Shown: positions 51,129 through 63,958 of the stretch, one piece after another
How the letters are laid out: each line of letters begins with the position of its first letter
Position numbering within the stretch: position 1 is the first letter of the stretch
Origin: Octopus vulgaris
Taxonomy: Eukaryota
Assembly (NCBI GenBank): GCA_951406725.2
Contig: OX597815.1
Coordinates: 174,220,001-174,284,000 of the forward strand
DNA length: 64,000 bases
Direction of reading: 5' to 3'
Program-made: the position numbers and the translations under genes
Notes under the pieces: generated by a model
What the model saw: only the letters and a program-made list of their open reading frames with translations
Told to the model about the DNA's origin: nothing
Database searches by the model: none

Positions 51129-53110
51129 AATGTGCATGTGTATGTGTGTATATATGTTGGCTTGCCAATAACAATAACATTCTCTGAATGACCTACCAGT
51201 TATAACTCTTTTATTATTTCCTTTTTCCTATTTGAAATGAAGAATTTTTTTCCCAGAATTCTATAGGATCATTAAACAACCTATGTAAGGGAACACAGTA
51301 TCTTTTCTCTTTATTTTCATTCTTTGACGTTACACACTTTTCCTGACTCTTCACCTCCATTGCTCAAAGGTCTTTTCAAACATTTATCCTTACACACACA
51401 CACACACTATATATATATATATATATATAGAAAGAGAGAGAGAGAGAGAGAGAAAGAGAAGTTGGGGGAGAAATTCAATATTACATGTTCACTTTAGTCT
51501 ACGTTTCCCAATGTCCGCCTGAATACATCTGTCAAAAACTTTTCTCTAAATCAAATCAACTAAATAATTGCTTGCTTTGTTTCTGCTTCACTCAGTATTG
51601 CATAAATAGCTCTGGAATGTTGTATCTGAATTATTTGTCTAGGATATGATCTCAGATGCACTGGCTGTACTTATTATAATCTATATTTCAGCTTCAGTAT
51701 TTAATCTCTGAAATTTATATAGATTCTCTTTCCTTGTACATAAACCTTACTTTTGTTACATTTGAAAATAGTTAAGGCTGCATTTTTTTTTCTTCTTCTA
51801 ATAAGTTAGTCAGAGGAAAAGGGCCAATGTTTATGACCATTCCAGACTGGTGTGATCGACAATGATGTTCAACCTCAAATATTTGTTGTTCAATGTTAGC
51901 AGAAAAAAACGAAAAGAAAAAAACCAAGCTTAGGTGGGTGAAGGAATTTCAGAGATTTTTAGGGAAGAAAGACTGAAAGACTGGATGAAGAGTTTAGGAT
52001 GAGACACTGTGTTGTTGATAGATGGAGAAGAGACAAGCAGGTTGGGTGGACCTTTGTGGAGAGGATATCATCAAGGATGACAATTTTCATATGTTATCTG
52101 GCCTATTATTTCTATTATTTCTTAAAAGTCTTGTTTTTTGTTTGTTTAGTTTTTTTTTAATATTTTATATAATTATTCAGTCTTACTGATATTACTATGA
52201 TCCAATGGTCCATATTGTTGGTAATTGGGTTGTGTGACATATTCTCATTTTTGTAGTTATTCTGTTCCATTATTCCTGCTAAAATTTGTAGCTGTTTTGT
52301 CTCTAATAGAAATCTCTATTATTAAATTGAATTCAAATTCTACAAAATCTGTAGTACCTTTTAGTCTAATAGTAGAGACCAATAAAATAGAAACTAGTCA
52401 GACTTTTAACTAAATCTATTGTTTCCTCTCTGCTTGTGAAATATACTGACTATGTGTTTCCTTTCATTTTGAAAATATACCAGAATTTGGAAAGATTCAT
52501 TGAAATAACTAAATCTATCATTATTAATCTGGTGTTTATAGCAAAACTTGATAAATTGTTAATGAAAGCTTTTAATTTAAATATGAACACTTTCACACCA
52601 TAAGTTTTAAGTCATCGAAATCAAGAGCAGTTTCAGCTGGTACATAAAGCATTAAACCATGAGCTACCCCATTCTTAATGTTAAAAAAGGGATTGTCAAA
52701 TTTTTAAAATATCAAGCAAAGACATTTAGAATCATTCTATCAACTTATAGAGAAGAAATGGGTTACCAGAAAAATACATTCTTGAATAAAGCTTACAGCC
52801 ACAATTAGGCATAAAGTAGATGTTGAATTAAACATCATGTTACTACTGCTTAATATAAGGGTCTGTCTGAAGAAATTCAGAAATTCTGCAGCATATTCAA
52901 TATTAAAAATAACACTACACTTTAACAAATCCCTTATCAAAGTTACACCTATCCAAGAATGGCTAAATTTTAAAAAATTCATCTCTAAAATCATGTTCAT
53001 TTGCACTAAGACCTATAAGTGTGAAATTAGGCAACCTCTGAAGCTCAGATTATAGAGATAAAAGAAAGCCTTAATGAAAAATGAAACATCTTGGTCAGGA
53101 ATGGCAGAAC

Positions 53111-53142
<32 letters not shown>

Positions 53143-53238
53143 TATTAGAATTTTCTCTGACTCCTCAGATTTTTGTATGCTGGACTACTGGTTTTAAATT
53201 GATATTAAAATTAATATTAATTTATCTCCCTCATTATT

Positions 53239-53279
<41 letters not shown>

Positions 53280-53820
53280 CACAAGCAAGGAAATTACATC
53301 CATCATTAAAGGAAATTCATATAGATCTACAGGAGAAACTTAGATAAGTCAGAGAAGCTATATTACTATAGTCTAGAAATAAAGTTTTCTATTTTGAATT
53401 CACACTGGCACTTATCCAAAAATAAAGCATTTAGTGACGGTCAGAGATGTGAATATTGAAAAATCTTTCATCTCCAGAGGCAAATTTTATAGTCTGGGAA
53501 ATGATCTTTAAAAATATAACACACTTTTGTCTTTAATGAGCACAAACCTTTACAAAATAATTAATATGTGTTCATAACTAAAGAAATTACCAACAAGATA
53601 GCATAACTTCATATGATATTGATAAATAAGGGAGATTACCTCTTACAGAAATGTTGATTTCATTTTTCTCTTTCTTCAATCACTTTTATTCTTTTTTTTT
53701 TATTATTGGAGAACTTAGTTGCTATTTCTGAGTTTCATGTAATATATTTTATCTATAGAACAACTAGATGTACAGTCAATGATTGCAACAGTTAAAAAAA
53801 TTTTCTGAAATTATTTTTAG

Positions 53821-53988
53821 GTATTGTCATCAGCTGAACGTGAAAGACTTGTGGAGAACATTGCTAATCATTTGATTGATGCCCAAGAGTTTATTCAAAA
53901 GCGTGCTGTGTACAATTTTGGACAAGTGAATTCAGAATTTGGCCATAAGCTACAAGCCAAACTGGACAGTTTGAAGTCTTCGAAATAT
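53821..53988 (+). CDS. CAT: Catalase exon 11 (VLSSAERERLVENIANHL...LKSSKY)
   Basis: TTTTAG acceptor; catalase C-terminal helical domain; TAT|GTAAGT donor; 168 nt. Confidence 0.94.
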
Positions 53989-54514
53989 GTAAGTAAAACT
54001 GAAAAACAATTGTTTTTACTTCCAAAATCAAATATTTGTAAATAGTGAGAAACAGTTTCTTTGTGTATTTTAAAGTGAGTGGGCTGTACTTGGAAATGAT
54101 TGTTGGAATTATACTGTGTAACATGATTTTTGTCCTTGAGTAGTAACTGTTATTTTTTATTTGCTTACCCCTAGAAAGTATAAAAAATGACTGTTTCCCT
54201 CAAACTCCAAAGAATCACTCTCAACTTATGGCTATAATGCTCTGCCACTACTCCTGCGATGTACATATTGTCAGCCACTTAGAAACAAGCTTAAGTGGTT
54301 ATGGTCAAATAACTGACAAGCAAATCAATGGTATTGAGCAGAATATTTGCTATAACAGTATTTCTGCTCCAGTAACTCAGGCTGAATCTGTCTGAAATGT
54401 AATGAAAAATAGGTCAGTTTCTAAACATTAATGTCCAGCTCTATATTTAAGAGACGAGGAATTATGTACATTATTTACATTTGACGGATATTTGTCCTCA
54501 TCTTGTTTGTTGTT

Positions 54515-54560
54515 AACACAATGTTTCAGCTGATATACCCTCCAGCCTTCATCAGATGTC
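54515..54560 (-). ncRNA. Minimal type I hammerhead-like motif
   Basis: Minus strand reads GACAT-CTGATGA-A-GGCTG(gagggtatat)CAGCT-GAAAC-ATT-GTGTT. Confidence 0.55.
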
Positions 54561-54754
54561 TTGGAGAAATTTTGAACATGGGTTCTCATTCCTAAGGTAT
54601 TTTTCTATGTTATTATTATTATTTAGGTCACTGCCTGGAATTGAACTCGGAATCTTGGGGTTAGTAGCCTGCACTCTTAACCACTACGCTATATGACCTG
54701 AATAATAATAATAATAACATTGAAAAGTACCTTACCAGGTTCAAAATTTCCCAA

Positions 54755-54797
54755 GACACCTGATGAAGGCTGGAGGGTATATCAGCTGAAACGTGTT
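54755..54797 (+). ncRNA. Minimal type I hammerhead-like motif
   Basis: GACAC-CTGATGA-A-GGCTG(gagggtatat)CAGCT-GAAAC-GTGTT; 3 nt are missing at the predicted cleavage site. Confidence 0.5.
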
Positions 54798-54895
54798 AAC
54801 AACAAACAAGACGAGGATAAATATCTGTCAAGTGTAAATAAAGTATTAATGTCCAGGTCACAAAAGCAAAGTTTGAAGGGAATAGTAGTAATTTC

Positions 54896-55736
54896 GGATC
54901 TTTTCCTTTTGATGGACAGAATTTTCTAGTTAACTAAACAATTTGAAACTTCGTATACTGGTAGAATGTGTCAAAAGAAAACATTATTGTAAACAAAATT
55001 GAAAACAAAATTGTAATTTGTAAGTTTAACGTAGTTTAATTCTTCGAATTTTAACCAATGAAATCCCAGCATTTGAGCTCAAATCATTTGCTGCGTCTAA
55101 AAACTCACACGTCTTATTCATCCTTCTGTCTTCTGCATGTGCTAGAAATAACAGCTATATCTCTTAAATCGATGAATTTCATCGCCCAATAAAAATATTA
55201 ACGATATTTTTTGAATATTTTCTTTATTTTTTTTTTACCGGAAAGGCTTCTCCCATGGTTTTGAAGGGCCAGAAAAAACAAAACAATAATATGCCTAAAT
55301 CGGTGTAGAGGGTGCGCGTGGAGTGTGGGTCGTATTGTAAAAATTTGCGAAATATTTTTTCATAAAAGGATGCCCCAGCTTGTCGGAAGCTGTGTTATAA
55401 ATTTGGAAAAAAATCCTCGACACCAGTGCGTAATTGGTACTTAATTTATCGACCCCGAAACGATGAAACATTGCCTTTTGTGTAAATTTGTTGCAGCAAG
55501 GGGCAAAACACACAGGGGACAAAGCATGAGATTAAGTCAATTCTATCAACACTAGTGCCAACTCACGAACGTGTATGTATGCCTGTATGCGTATGTGTGT
55601 GTATGTATATCTCCATTTGTATGTGTGTGTACGCTTATATATTAATTACTATGTGCTTGTGCAAATGTATATGCATGTGTTTGAGAGAGAGATAGTGACA
55701 GAGAGTGTGTGCAAGTGTACGTGTGTATGTATCTGA

Positions 55737-55779
<43 letters not shown>

Positions 55780-56018
55780 CGGCTTGCGTCTGCTATGTTT
55801 CTTTATCAATATCGATAATGCAGCAAATGATTTGAGCTCAAATGCTGGGATTTCATTGGTTAAAATTCAAAGAATTAAACTATGTTAAACTTACAAATTA
55901 CAATTTTGTTTTCAATTTTGTTTACAATAATGTTTTCTTTTGACACATTCTACCAGTATACGAAGTTTCAAATTGTTTAGTTAACTAGAAAATTCCGTCC
56001 ATCAAAAGGAAAAGATCT
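54896..56018. mobile_element. Non-autonomous DNA transposon with about 200-bp near-perfect TIRs
   Basis: 54897-55094 is the reverse complement of 55820-56017 with only a few mismatches; flanking direct repeat GTAATTTC(G). Confidence 0.9.
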
Positions 56019-57922
56019 GTAATTTCGTTTGATTTCTAGATAGAAATAAATAGGAAATAACACTTAAAGACAAAAAAAAAATTTTAATCGTGTTACACAG
56101 TATTATTTGCCTGTGATAAAAAAAAACATAGTTTATAGTACTTTGTTAAGTCCCTTTATGTTATGAGTTTAAACCTTGCTATGATTATTTTTGCTCCTCT
56201 CCAGACATAGCCAGATTTACAGGGATGGCAAAGGTGTTATTGCCTTGGATCCCCCCCCCCTGGTCAGTGCCCCGCCCCCACACTGACAATACCCCCCCCC
56301 CCAATATTCAGAGCTCCTTTCTACAAAGGATATGGTGCACTCAATACAGAGGGCCCACTCCACTTACCAGCAATCTTGCATGAAGAGGCTACCTTTCAAA
56401 TTACAAAGATCTGTATTGCTTAAAAAACGTAATGGATTCTCTATAATGATAAATAACTGAAGATTTCCTCAACTTTAGTGACAATAGTTCGAATTACGAA
56501 AAAAAAGCAAAAGGAAAACAGATTTTTCTACTTTAGCAGCACCAGTCCCCAAAAGCGTGTGTGTGTCCCCTAAAAAAAGCATGGTACCAGTGAAACTAAG
56601 TAAAACACATGTATGTATGTATGAATGAATGTTTATATATATGAATGTGTGTGTGTATGTATATGTCCATGTGTGTGTGTGTGTGAATGTATATATAAAA
56701 AGAAATAAACTGAAAAAGACTTTTGTCTCTAGTTCAAGTTCGGTTTCAGACATCAGTCTCCAAGAGCAGCATGGTGCCAACAAAGCAACAAAAAGTAAAA
56801 AACATGTATGTATGTATGTAGGTGTGTGTATGTGTGTGTATGAATGTATATAGAGAAATAGACTGAAAAATCTAGTTTAATTCCCGTTTCCATCACAACT
56901 GACCAATGATGACCTCAAACTGACTGTTTCCAAATAAAGGAACACACATGCATGCACACACTCACATGCACACACACACACACACACACACTCACACATA
57001 TATTAACACTGCTAATTTCAGTAAGTCTTCGAAATCTCCCTAACAGGTAAGTACAAAATATGTTCCAAAATTTAGATTTTGATTTTTGTTTTAATTATAA
57101 AATTACATCTATCAACAGCTCAAAGCACTTCTTTTTTTATTTTTTAAATCTAACCATTTTCTTGAGACAAAATAATTAACTAGGGCAAAATGAGTAATTT
57201 CTGATCTTTTGTTATTTTTTTTCCTTACTAGTTTGAAAACATTTTATTGTATTTTACATTCTGAAACATTTTCAACTCTCATTTAAAAAAAAAAGTCTCT
57301 TTTCTCTCCTTTATTGAATTTTCACAATGAAGAAAAAGCCAAACACTGCAGGTGCATGAGTGGAAAATGAAATTAGAATTTTGAAAAGGAAAGAGACATT
57401 TTTAGTCATTTAAAAATGTATAAAAAGAATATTTTTTTATTGAAGAAATGTATAATGGGATAAAAAATATCACTTGTTCTCCTTTTTGTACCATATAAAA
57501 GCAGTTTGTCACAGAAGCACCTTATTTCAAGTAAAATTAAATTTGAGGGAAATTATATCAGGTAAAGTAGAAATGAATGTATTATGTCATGCATAAAAAT
57601 AAAATTCTTACAGTGTGGCAAAACTATGAAAATGACAGGGAACAGGGCTTTAAGAGTGCCATATAAATAACATTTTAGATATTTTTTGGAATTTTCAGAC
57701 AATTTTTGCAATTTTTTGGAATTTCCAGACAATTTTTGCAAATTTGTATCTACACATGGGACTTCATACGATTAAGCAAAAAAACAAAAAGTTGTGGGTA
57801 TACGTGATTTAAGGCCTATTTAGCTGTTATTTTTAGCACACCTCACGACCACCTCAATGACAAAAAACAAAACAAGTAAACTATACATATTTTATAGTTT
57901 TAAGTAGTCAATATACATTTAA

Positions 57923-58142
57923 CCCTTTTGTTACTGTATTTATTTTCAGATGCTTCATGTTTCTTTCAGTTACTTTAAATATAACAAAGAATTTAGTAAA
58001 ATAACTTAGTTATCATTCAGCTTGTGTTTGGAACATAAATTGTGGCTATGGTTTGGTGGAAGATTTTAATTCAAAACTTATGAAAACAAGATATTTATAC
58101 TCAGAGTCAGAGCTGGTTTCAGCCAGGCTGGTAATGACAGGG
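57923..58142. mobile_element. TTAA-flanked MITE family 1
   Basis: TTAA TSD; similar to 14126-14347. Confidence 0.8.
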
Positions 58143-58592
58143 TTAATGCAATAAACAGCACATTACAAATTAAATATTTCTAAAAAAACAAACATCTCCA
58201 ATGTCAACTGGATAATGGAGCAAGTCCTCCGTATGAATATAGGACAACCACCAGCCCCTTACCTAGGACAAAATGATTTTTTTCTTTTTACTTGTTGCAG
58301 TTATTAGACTGCGGCCAGCCATACTGGGGCACCACCTTGAAGAATGTTTAGATGACTGTATGGAACCCAACATTTTTTTTAAGCCAAGTCAAAACCACCT
58401 CAGTGATATATTTTTTTTTGTTTTTTTTTTTGTGTGTGATTTTTTCTTTGTATTTGTTAAATCATTAGATTGCAGTGATGCTGAGGGCACTGCCTTGAAG
58501 AACTTTCAGTCAAATATATCAACCCCAAATTTTTTTGAAAATTACTATTTATAAATCTCACAACATGAGATATTCAGCAACAGTACTTTGTA

Positions 58593-58959
58593 AGTAAAGA
58601 TTGTTTGCCAACATAACATGGCAATCCTGGTTTAGGACAAATGTTGCTGTAATTTAGCCCCAGGAGACATCGTCTCCAGCTGGCTATACGACATGATCTG
58701 TGTCCTTATATTTTCGAACAAGGGATTCTACCACTCCCACTCAGTTCAAAACAGTATCTGTACATTGCGATGAAGAGAAATAACCCAGAAATTGCGATAT
58801 TGTTTTGAGCTGAGTTGGGGTGCTAGATTCTCTTGTTCAAAAATATAAGGACACAGATCGTGTCTTATAGCCAGCTGGAGACAATGTCTCCTGGGGCTAA
58901 ATTACAGCAACATTAGCTAAACCAGGACTGCCATGTTATGTTGGAAAACAATCTTTACT
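58593..58959. mobile_element. Hairpin (foldback) MITE
   Basis: Inverted arms of about 165 bp around a spacer of about 37 bp. Confidence 0.85.
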
Positions 58960-60718
58960 ACCCAGAATTTTTGTTAGGTGATTTTCAACCAGTGCATGAA
59001 GTTAAGCCTAGGTCTCTCCACATGCTAGAAATAACAGCCAAATCTCTTAATTTTTTTTTTTTTATAATTTCACATAAATGAAAATAAAACAAAAACAAAA
59101 TTTTGTGAGAGGTATGAAATAGGGGGTATGGTAGAGAGGTTTTTATTTTTTTTAATACAACTTGAAGGTGTTTCAGAATGTGGAATACAATAAAATAACA
59201 AAGGGTGGGACAGCTATTCTATCCCAGAAAAATACTTCTTCAACATTTGGCAGAGTTCTGATCATGCTCACCATTTAATTAGTCAAGACTTTTCTTATTC
59301 TTGGGTATTTTCAGAAATACACACTGTACCTTATATGATTATACAAAAATATTTTTAAAAAATTTTCCATCCCTTCTCCAAATCCTAAAATTTTCAGGGA
59401 AATAGTTGTTTCATTGGTGAGAGAGGGCTCTTGCAGTGAAGATATGTTGTTATGAAGAATTCATTTTGATTTAGGGGCATGTAAGAGAAACATCGTCGTC
59501 TGTAGTCATGTTTCTCTGTCAGTGGTTCCCATAAAATGAAACTAACAGCAATGAGGAATGTACAAAAACTGACTTGATTATCTTGATTTATACTGTCTTA
59601 TTTTCTTCCGATGCTACTTTAATGAGTTAACAAAATGATGCCATTGAAAAATAATTTTAAAAATAAGAAATCTATAATAATATCCTACTTCTTTACATTA
59701 ACCTATTCATTTTAGCCAGGGTAATCAAGTTATTTTTATGCCATTACCTATTATTTCATTTTCATTTATATTTTACCTAATATGGCTGTAAAACAAAAGA
59801 TCACCTTAATTTGTTGAATATAATTTATGATTTTGTTTTCTAATCATGTTTCAATATTTTAAAAGATATTTTAAAATGTTTCTGTCTTTAATTTTTTGAT
59901 GTATTACAGTTTGTTATTACTGTTATTTTCGTGTTGCTTTTTTTTAAAAGGGAGTATAATTTTGTCTGATGTTGCTTACTATATCATTTCCACTTTTTCA
60001 AAAATATCACAGCAACTTTTCCTTCTAGTTTTGCTAATTGTTCTTTCAGATTGTCTATACCCCACACCAATTTTTAACTATCTCTGCCAAACATTAGTTA
60101 TTTTAGCGGCTGTCTATTACCATAGTACCTGACCATAAATAGGTGGATGTATAAAAATATGAAAAAAAACGTTGAAACAAACAAATAGATAAATAAGCTC
60201 CAGTGTCATAACTAATAGTAAGACATCTTAATTGCAATCCAAAATACCCTCTTCCTTCTCAAAATGATTAGGGTCATTGCATCTGCAAATGTAACAAAAG
60301 TAAAAGCAAAGTTGTATGCCCAAAAATTGCTATCAGATAGTTTAAAGTTTAGGGAAATCTATGAAATACAAAATTTATTCTCAAATTATATCTTTTGAAG
60401 TGATTCTGGCATCTTTTCATTTCAATTGAAGTGAAAAACATAATTTTGAAGAAAAGTAATTTTATGGAAACCAAATCCTTGATTTGCTGTTTCACTCAAA
60501 CTCTTTTCTATTAAATTTTGATTAGCTTTGGCAGCAGGGCTATTTATCTGCCAAACACACAAGAGTAACAGATATTCATAAAGTGCCTGTCTTAATACAC
60601 CTGTAGCAGGATTAAATTAAGTGATTCTACATTGCTGTTATTAGTTCCAGCTTCCTTTTATTTTTTAAACTATTCTCATTTGCTTCTGTTCAGATTATAT
60701 ATATTCTCAGAATATTTA

Positions 60719-62105
60719 ATGATGCCACAGAAAATTCAACTGTCTGGAGCTCAGAAGAGAAAAATTTCTAAAGAAAAAAGTGAAAGAAATCCTGCAGTGT
60801 TAGCAAAGACACAATGCCCTGCAACTATTTTGGTTTCATATAAAGGTTATACACCTTTTTTTCTGCATCAACGCACAGATGGGCATATTTAATGAAATCA
60901 TTGGAAGGTAATAAAAGAGCACTAACTTTGAAGTCCCTGTCAGAAACACATTGGTTAGCAAGAGGTGATGCTACTGAAGCCCTCATTGATGGATATAATT
61001 GCATCCAAAATGTACTCAGAGATATTGAAGATGATCTAGGACAAACACCTGAAGCAAGATATGAACCTGAGACATTGGCAGACAAAATAGATTGTCTTGA
61101 AACTACTCTGATGGCTAAGATTTAGCCTATAATTCTTGTACGGTTTAACAGTACAAATAAAGCTTTTCAAGGAGTTGGAGTTGATTTGAATAAAGTAATT
61201 TATTTTATTGATTTTTGGAAAGCTTTCTGAAATCGCTTCAAGCTAGGTATGAAGAATTGGAGCTGCATGCCAAGAAGATGTGTGGAAACACAAAGTATAA
61301 AGCAATAATAGGTTGGTCAAGGAAGAGAAATAAACATGATGTAAATCCAGCATCAACCTCTGAAGAAGTTGTCCTTTCTGCAAGAGAAAAGTTCAGATAC
61401 GGCACATAAAAAGCACCCACTACATTCACGGAGTGGTTGGCATTAGGAAGGGCATCCAGCTGTAGAAACACTGCCAGATCAGACTGGAGCCTGGTGCAGC
61501 CTCCTGGCTTCCCAGACTCCAGTCGAACCATCCAACCCATGCTAGCATGGAAAATGGACATTAAACGATGATGATGATGATGGATCATTCAATGTCATTT
61601 TAGATCAGTTGTATGTTGCCTTACAAAAATGCAAGGTAGCCTATCAATCAGTGCATAGCAAGTTTAAAGTCAGAGTGGACTTATATGGTTTACCTGATGC
61701 AGAAATAAGATCTGAAGCTGTGAAACTCATCACTGCTTTCCCTTGTAATTTTAATGAGGTGTTCATAGAAGAAATTGTACAGTCAGCAGCTTTTTGTAAG
61801 CTCAGGTTATGTTTTACCCCATCTCAGCAGGCACTTTTAATCCATAATGAAGAGCTTGCTGAAACCTTTCCTTATGTTGATGTAGCTCTTAGAATATTTT
61901 TGAGCTTAATGGTCACAAATTGTTCCAGAGATAGGTCATTCAGTAAATTGAGTCTGATAAAGAATTACCTGAGAACCATGGTGACCCATAAAAAACTAGT
62001 GCTCTGGTGCATGTTGAATGTAGAGAGCAGTGTCCTAAAGACAATACAGTTTGAAGAATTCATTAAAGATTTTTAAAATTCCAACTGCAGAAAGACTTTC
62101 TGTAG
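60719..62105 (+). pseudogene. hAT (ZMYM1-like) transposase remnant
   Basis: LSGAQKRK N-terminus, KSLSETHWLAR, and the dimerization-domain-like FPYVDVALRIFLSLMVTNCSRDRSFSKLSLIKNYLRT. Stops, internal deletion and an insertion. Confidence 0.88.
61399..61583 (+). mobile_element. RTE-family 3' end inserted in the hAT transposase
   Basis: Nearly identical to 47937-48123. Confidence 0.88.
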
Positions 62106-63925
62106 GTATTGAAGTCATATATAGCAGTAAATTGATAAAACTTTCTGTAATTAGTTTAGATGACAAAATTTTGCATGAACAGGTGCATTTAAACTTTCTC
62201 TGCTAAATTGTCAAATTCAACTACAGGCAATATAAGGGTTTTGAGATTTAAATCTGATTTTCATTGATTTTAAGTCTTGTTTCTGAGGACCCCACTGAAC
62301 TTGAAGTGCCCTGGGAAGCTTTGAGTTAAATCCAGTTCTGTCTCCAGGCACCAATAAGAAAATCACCAATAATAGAGTTGATTAAAAATAACCTCACCCA
62401 TTCCTAGCTGGTGAACTTGTTATATTTCAGAAAGTATATTCCAATGTAGATTATGTAACTGAGTTTTGTTCATTTATACTCTTCTTTGTGTCTTGGACTT
62501 TGCTGCTGTATATTATTATGCAAATGTATATTGTTTTGTTTTTTTTCTGTTTATTTTAAAAGACAAACAGAATATCTAATATCTTTGATACAACCCTATA
62601 ATTATTTGCTGTTTGAGGGATTTTGTATGTCATTGCCTTCCTGCTTGAGGCATATTATCATTTAGAGGCAGATGATAGCAATTTTCTCCAGCCTCAGGAT
62701 AGCTCCTAAAAATTTTTTTAATTAGTATTATCAACAGCAAAACTTTTCCATGACTAAAAAATTCATCTTTTTAAGTGATTCTTTCTCTGTTAGAAAGTCA
62801 GTAACTAATAAAGTATTTGCCAAAAGTTAATATTTTGTCGGTATGATTTTCTAAACTATATGGCATTTACAACAGTTTCTTCCCTCTGGTATAATAAAAA
62901 AGATGTATTTAAAATTTATATTTAGTGTCTAATGTCTTCCTGTATGAATAGGTGATAGTGGCACACCAACTGACTAAATTTATAAGTTAATAGTGATTTC
63001 CAATACCAAGATTGAATTCTTTAATATGAGAATGAATGGGTATAATCTTGCTTATTTAGTCTTAGCTACAGATTATAGATTAACACATATTCTTTATCAA
63101 GTAAGCTGTGCAGCTGAATCAATATTAAAAGATGCCTAAAGAAATACTCTTACTACGATGTCAAATATTGCAGATCAAGTTATATGGAAATATTTTACCA
63201 CTCAGCAACAATAAGAAGCATAGTGAGGGTGACAGTCAGCCCCAGGCAACACTTTTATGATGATGGCACAATGGGGTCTCCTGTATAAACTGTATGATGG
63301 GAGGAAAGGGGGCATCAAACTCAAGGGCTGCTCTGGGCAGCACTCACACTAGCTATAGAAAATAAATTCATCATTTTTATTTAAAATCTTTAGTATTTGA
63401 ATTATAGACAGTGAATGTTAAAACATTTTATATTATTTGAATTACAAGTTTGGATTATGAAAACTGAATTTCTTATATACAGCAACACAATTGTAGTAAC
63501 TGGTATTATTTTGTCAAATAATTGATAAAACTTAAAGTATATACAACAAGAATTTTGGCAAATAAAATCTTTGAGAAGAAAGGCATGCAGAATTGATAAA
63601 TAAAAACACTTGTAATTCTGAATAATTGATTCTTGAATTGCATAGCTTCAATCAAAAGAGATGGCATTGCAATTTCACAAAGAAAATGATTATAGAAGGA
63701 ATTAATCCATTGTTTCTTACAGGCCTTTATTTAACGTTGTTGTAACACATTGTTTTAAACTGTCTTTTTAATTCAATTAATTCTATTATTCTTCTGTTAA
63801 TTCATTAAACTAGCAAAGAATTACTGTTGACCTTAATTTAATAAATGTGAAACTACTATTGAAAATTAATTCTATAATTTCTGATTTATCTTGAAATATT
63901 TTATTTATTTATTTTCATTTTCCAG

Positions 63926-63958
63926 ATGAGTTCCCAATTAATTGTGTCAAACTTATAG
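63926..63958 (+). CDS. CAT: Catalase terminal exon 12 (MSSQLIVSNL*), PTS1-like SNL
   Basis: Strong acceptor TTTTCATTTTCCAG, phase 0 matching exon 11. C-terminal SNL resembles human catalase ANL. Gives 512 aa in total. Confidence 0.8.
   Translation: MSSQLIVSNL

Larger units (their letters stand above)
54439..54844 (-). mobile_element. Family D element: tRNA head flanked by inverted hammerhead-bearing tails
   Basis: Head at 54625-54695 (-); arms at about 54470-54622 and 54694-54844; 12-bp TSD ATTAATGTCCAG at 54427-54438 and 54845-54856. Confidence 0.85.
56206..62340 (+). mobile_element. 6.1-kb decayed hAT transposon
   Basis: Termini CATAGCCAGATTTA and TAAATCCAGTTCTG; 8-bp TSD TCTCCAGA/TCTCCAGG; flanks rejoin into a degraded family B SINE; transposase remnants inside. 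Confidence 0.72.

Noticed and set aside
60050-60097. Alternative catalase terminal exon (IVYTPHQFLTISAKH*) after a good CAG acceptor
   Set aside because: Lies inside the hAT relic, has no catalase similarity or PTS1, and exon 63926 fits better
61609-62076. Domesticated ZMYM/ZBED-like host gene
   Set aside because: Upstream frames are broken by stops, a deletion and a retroelement insertion
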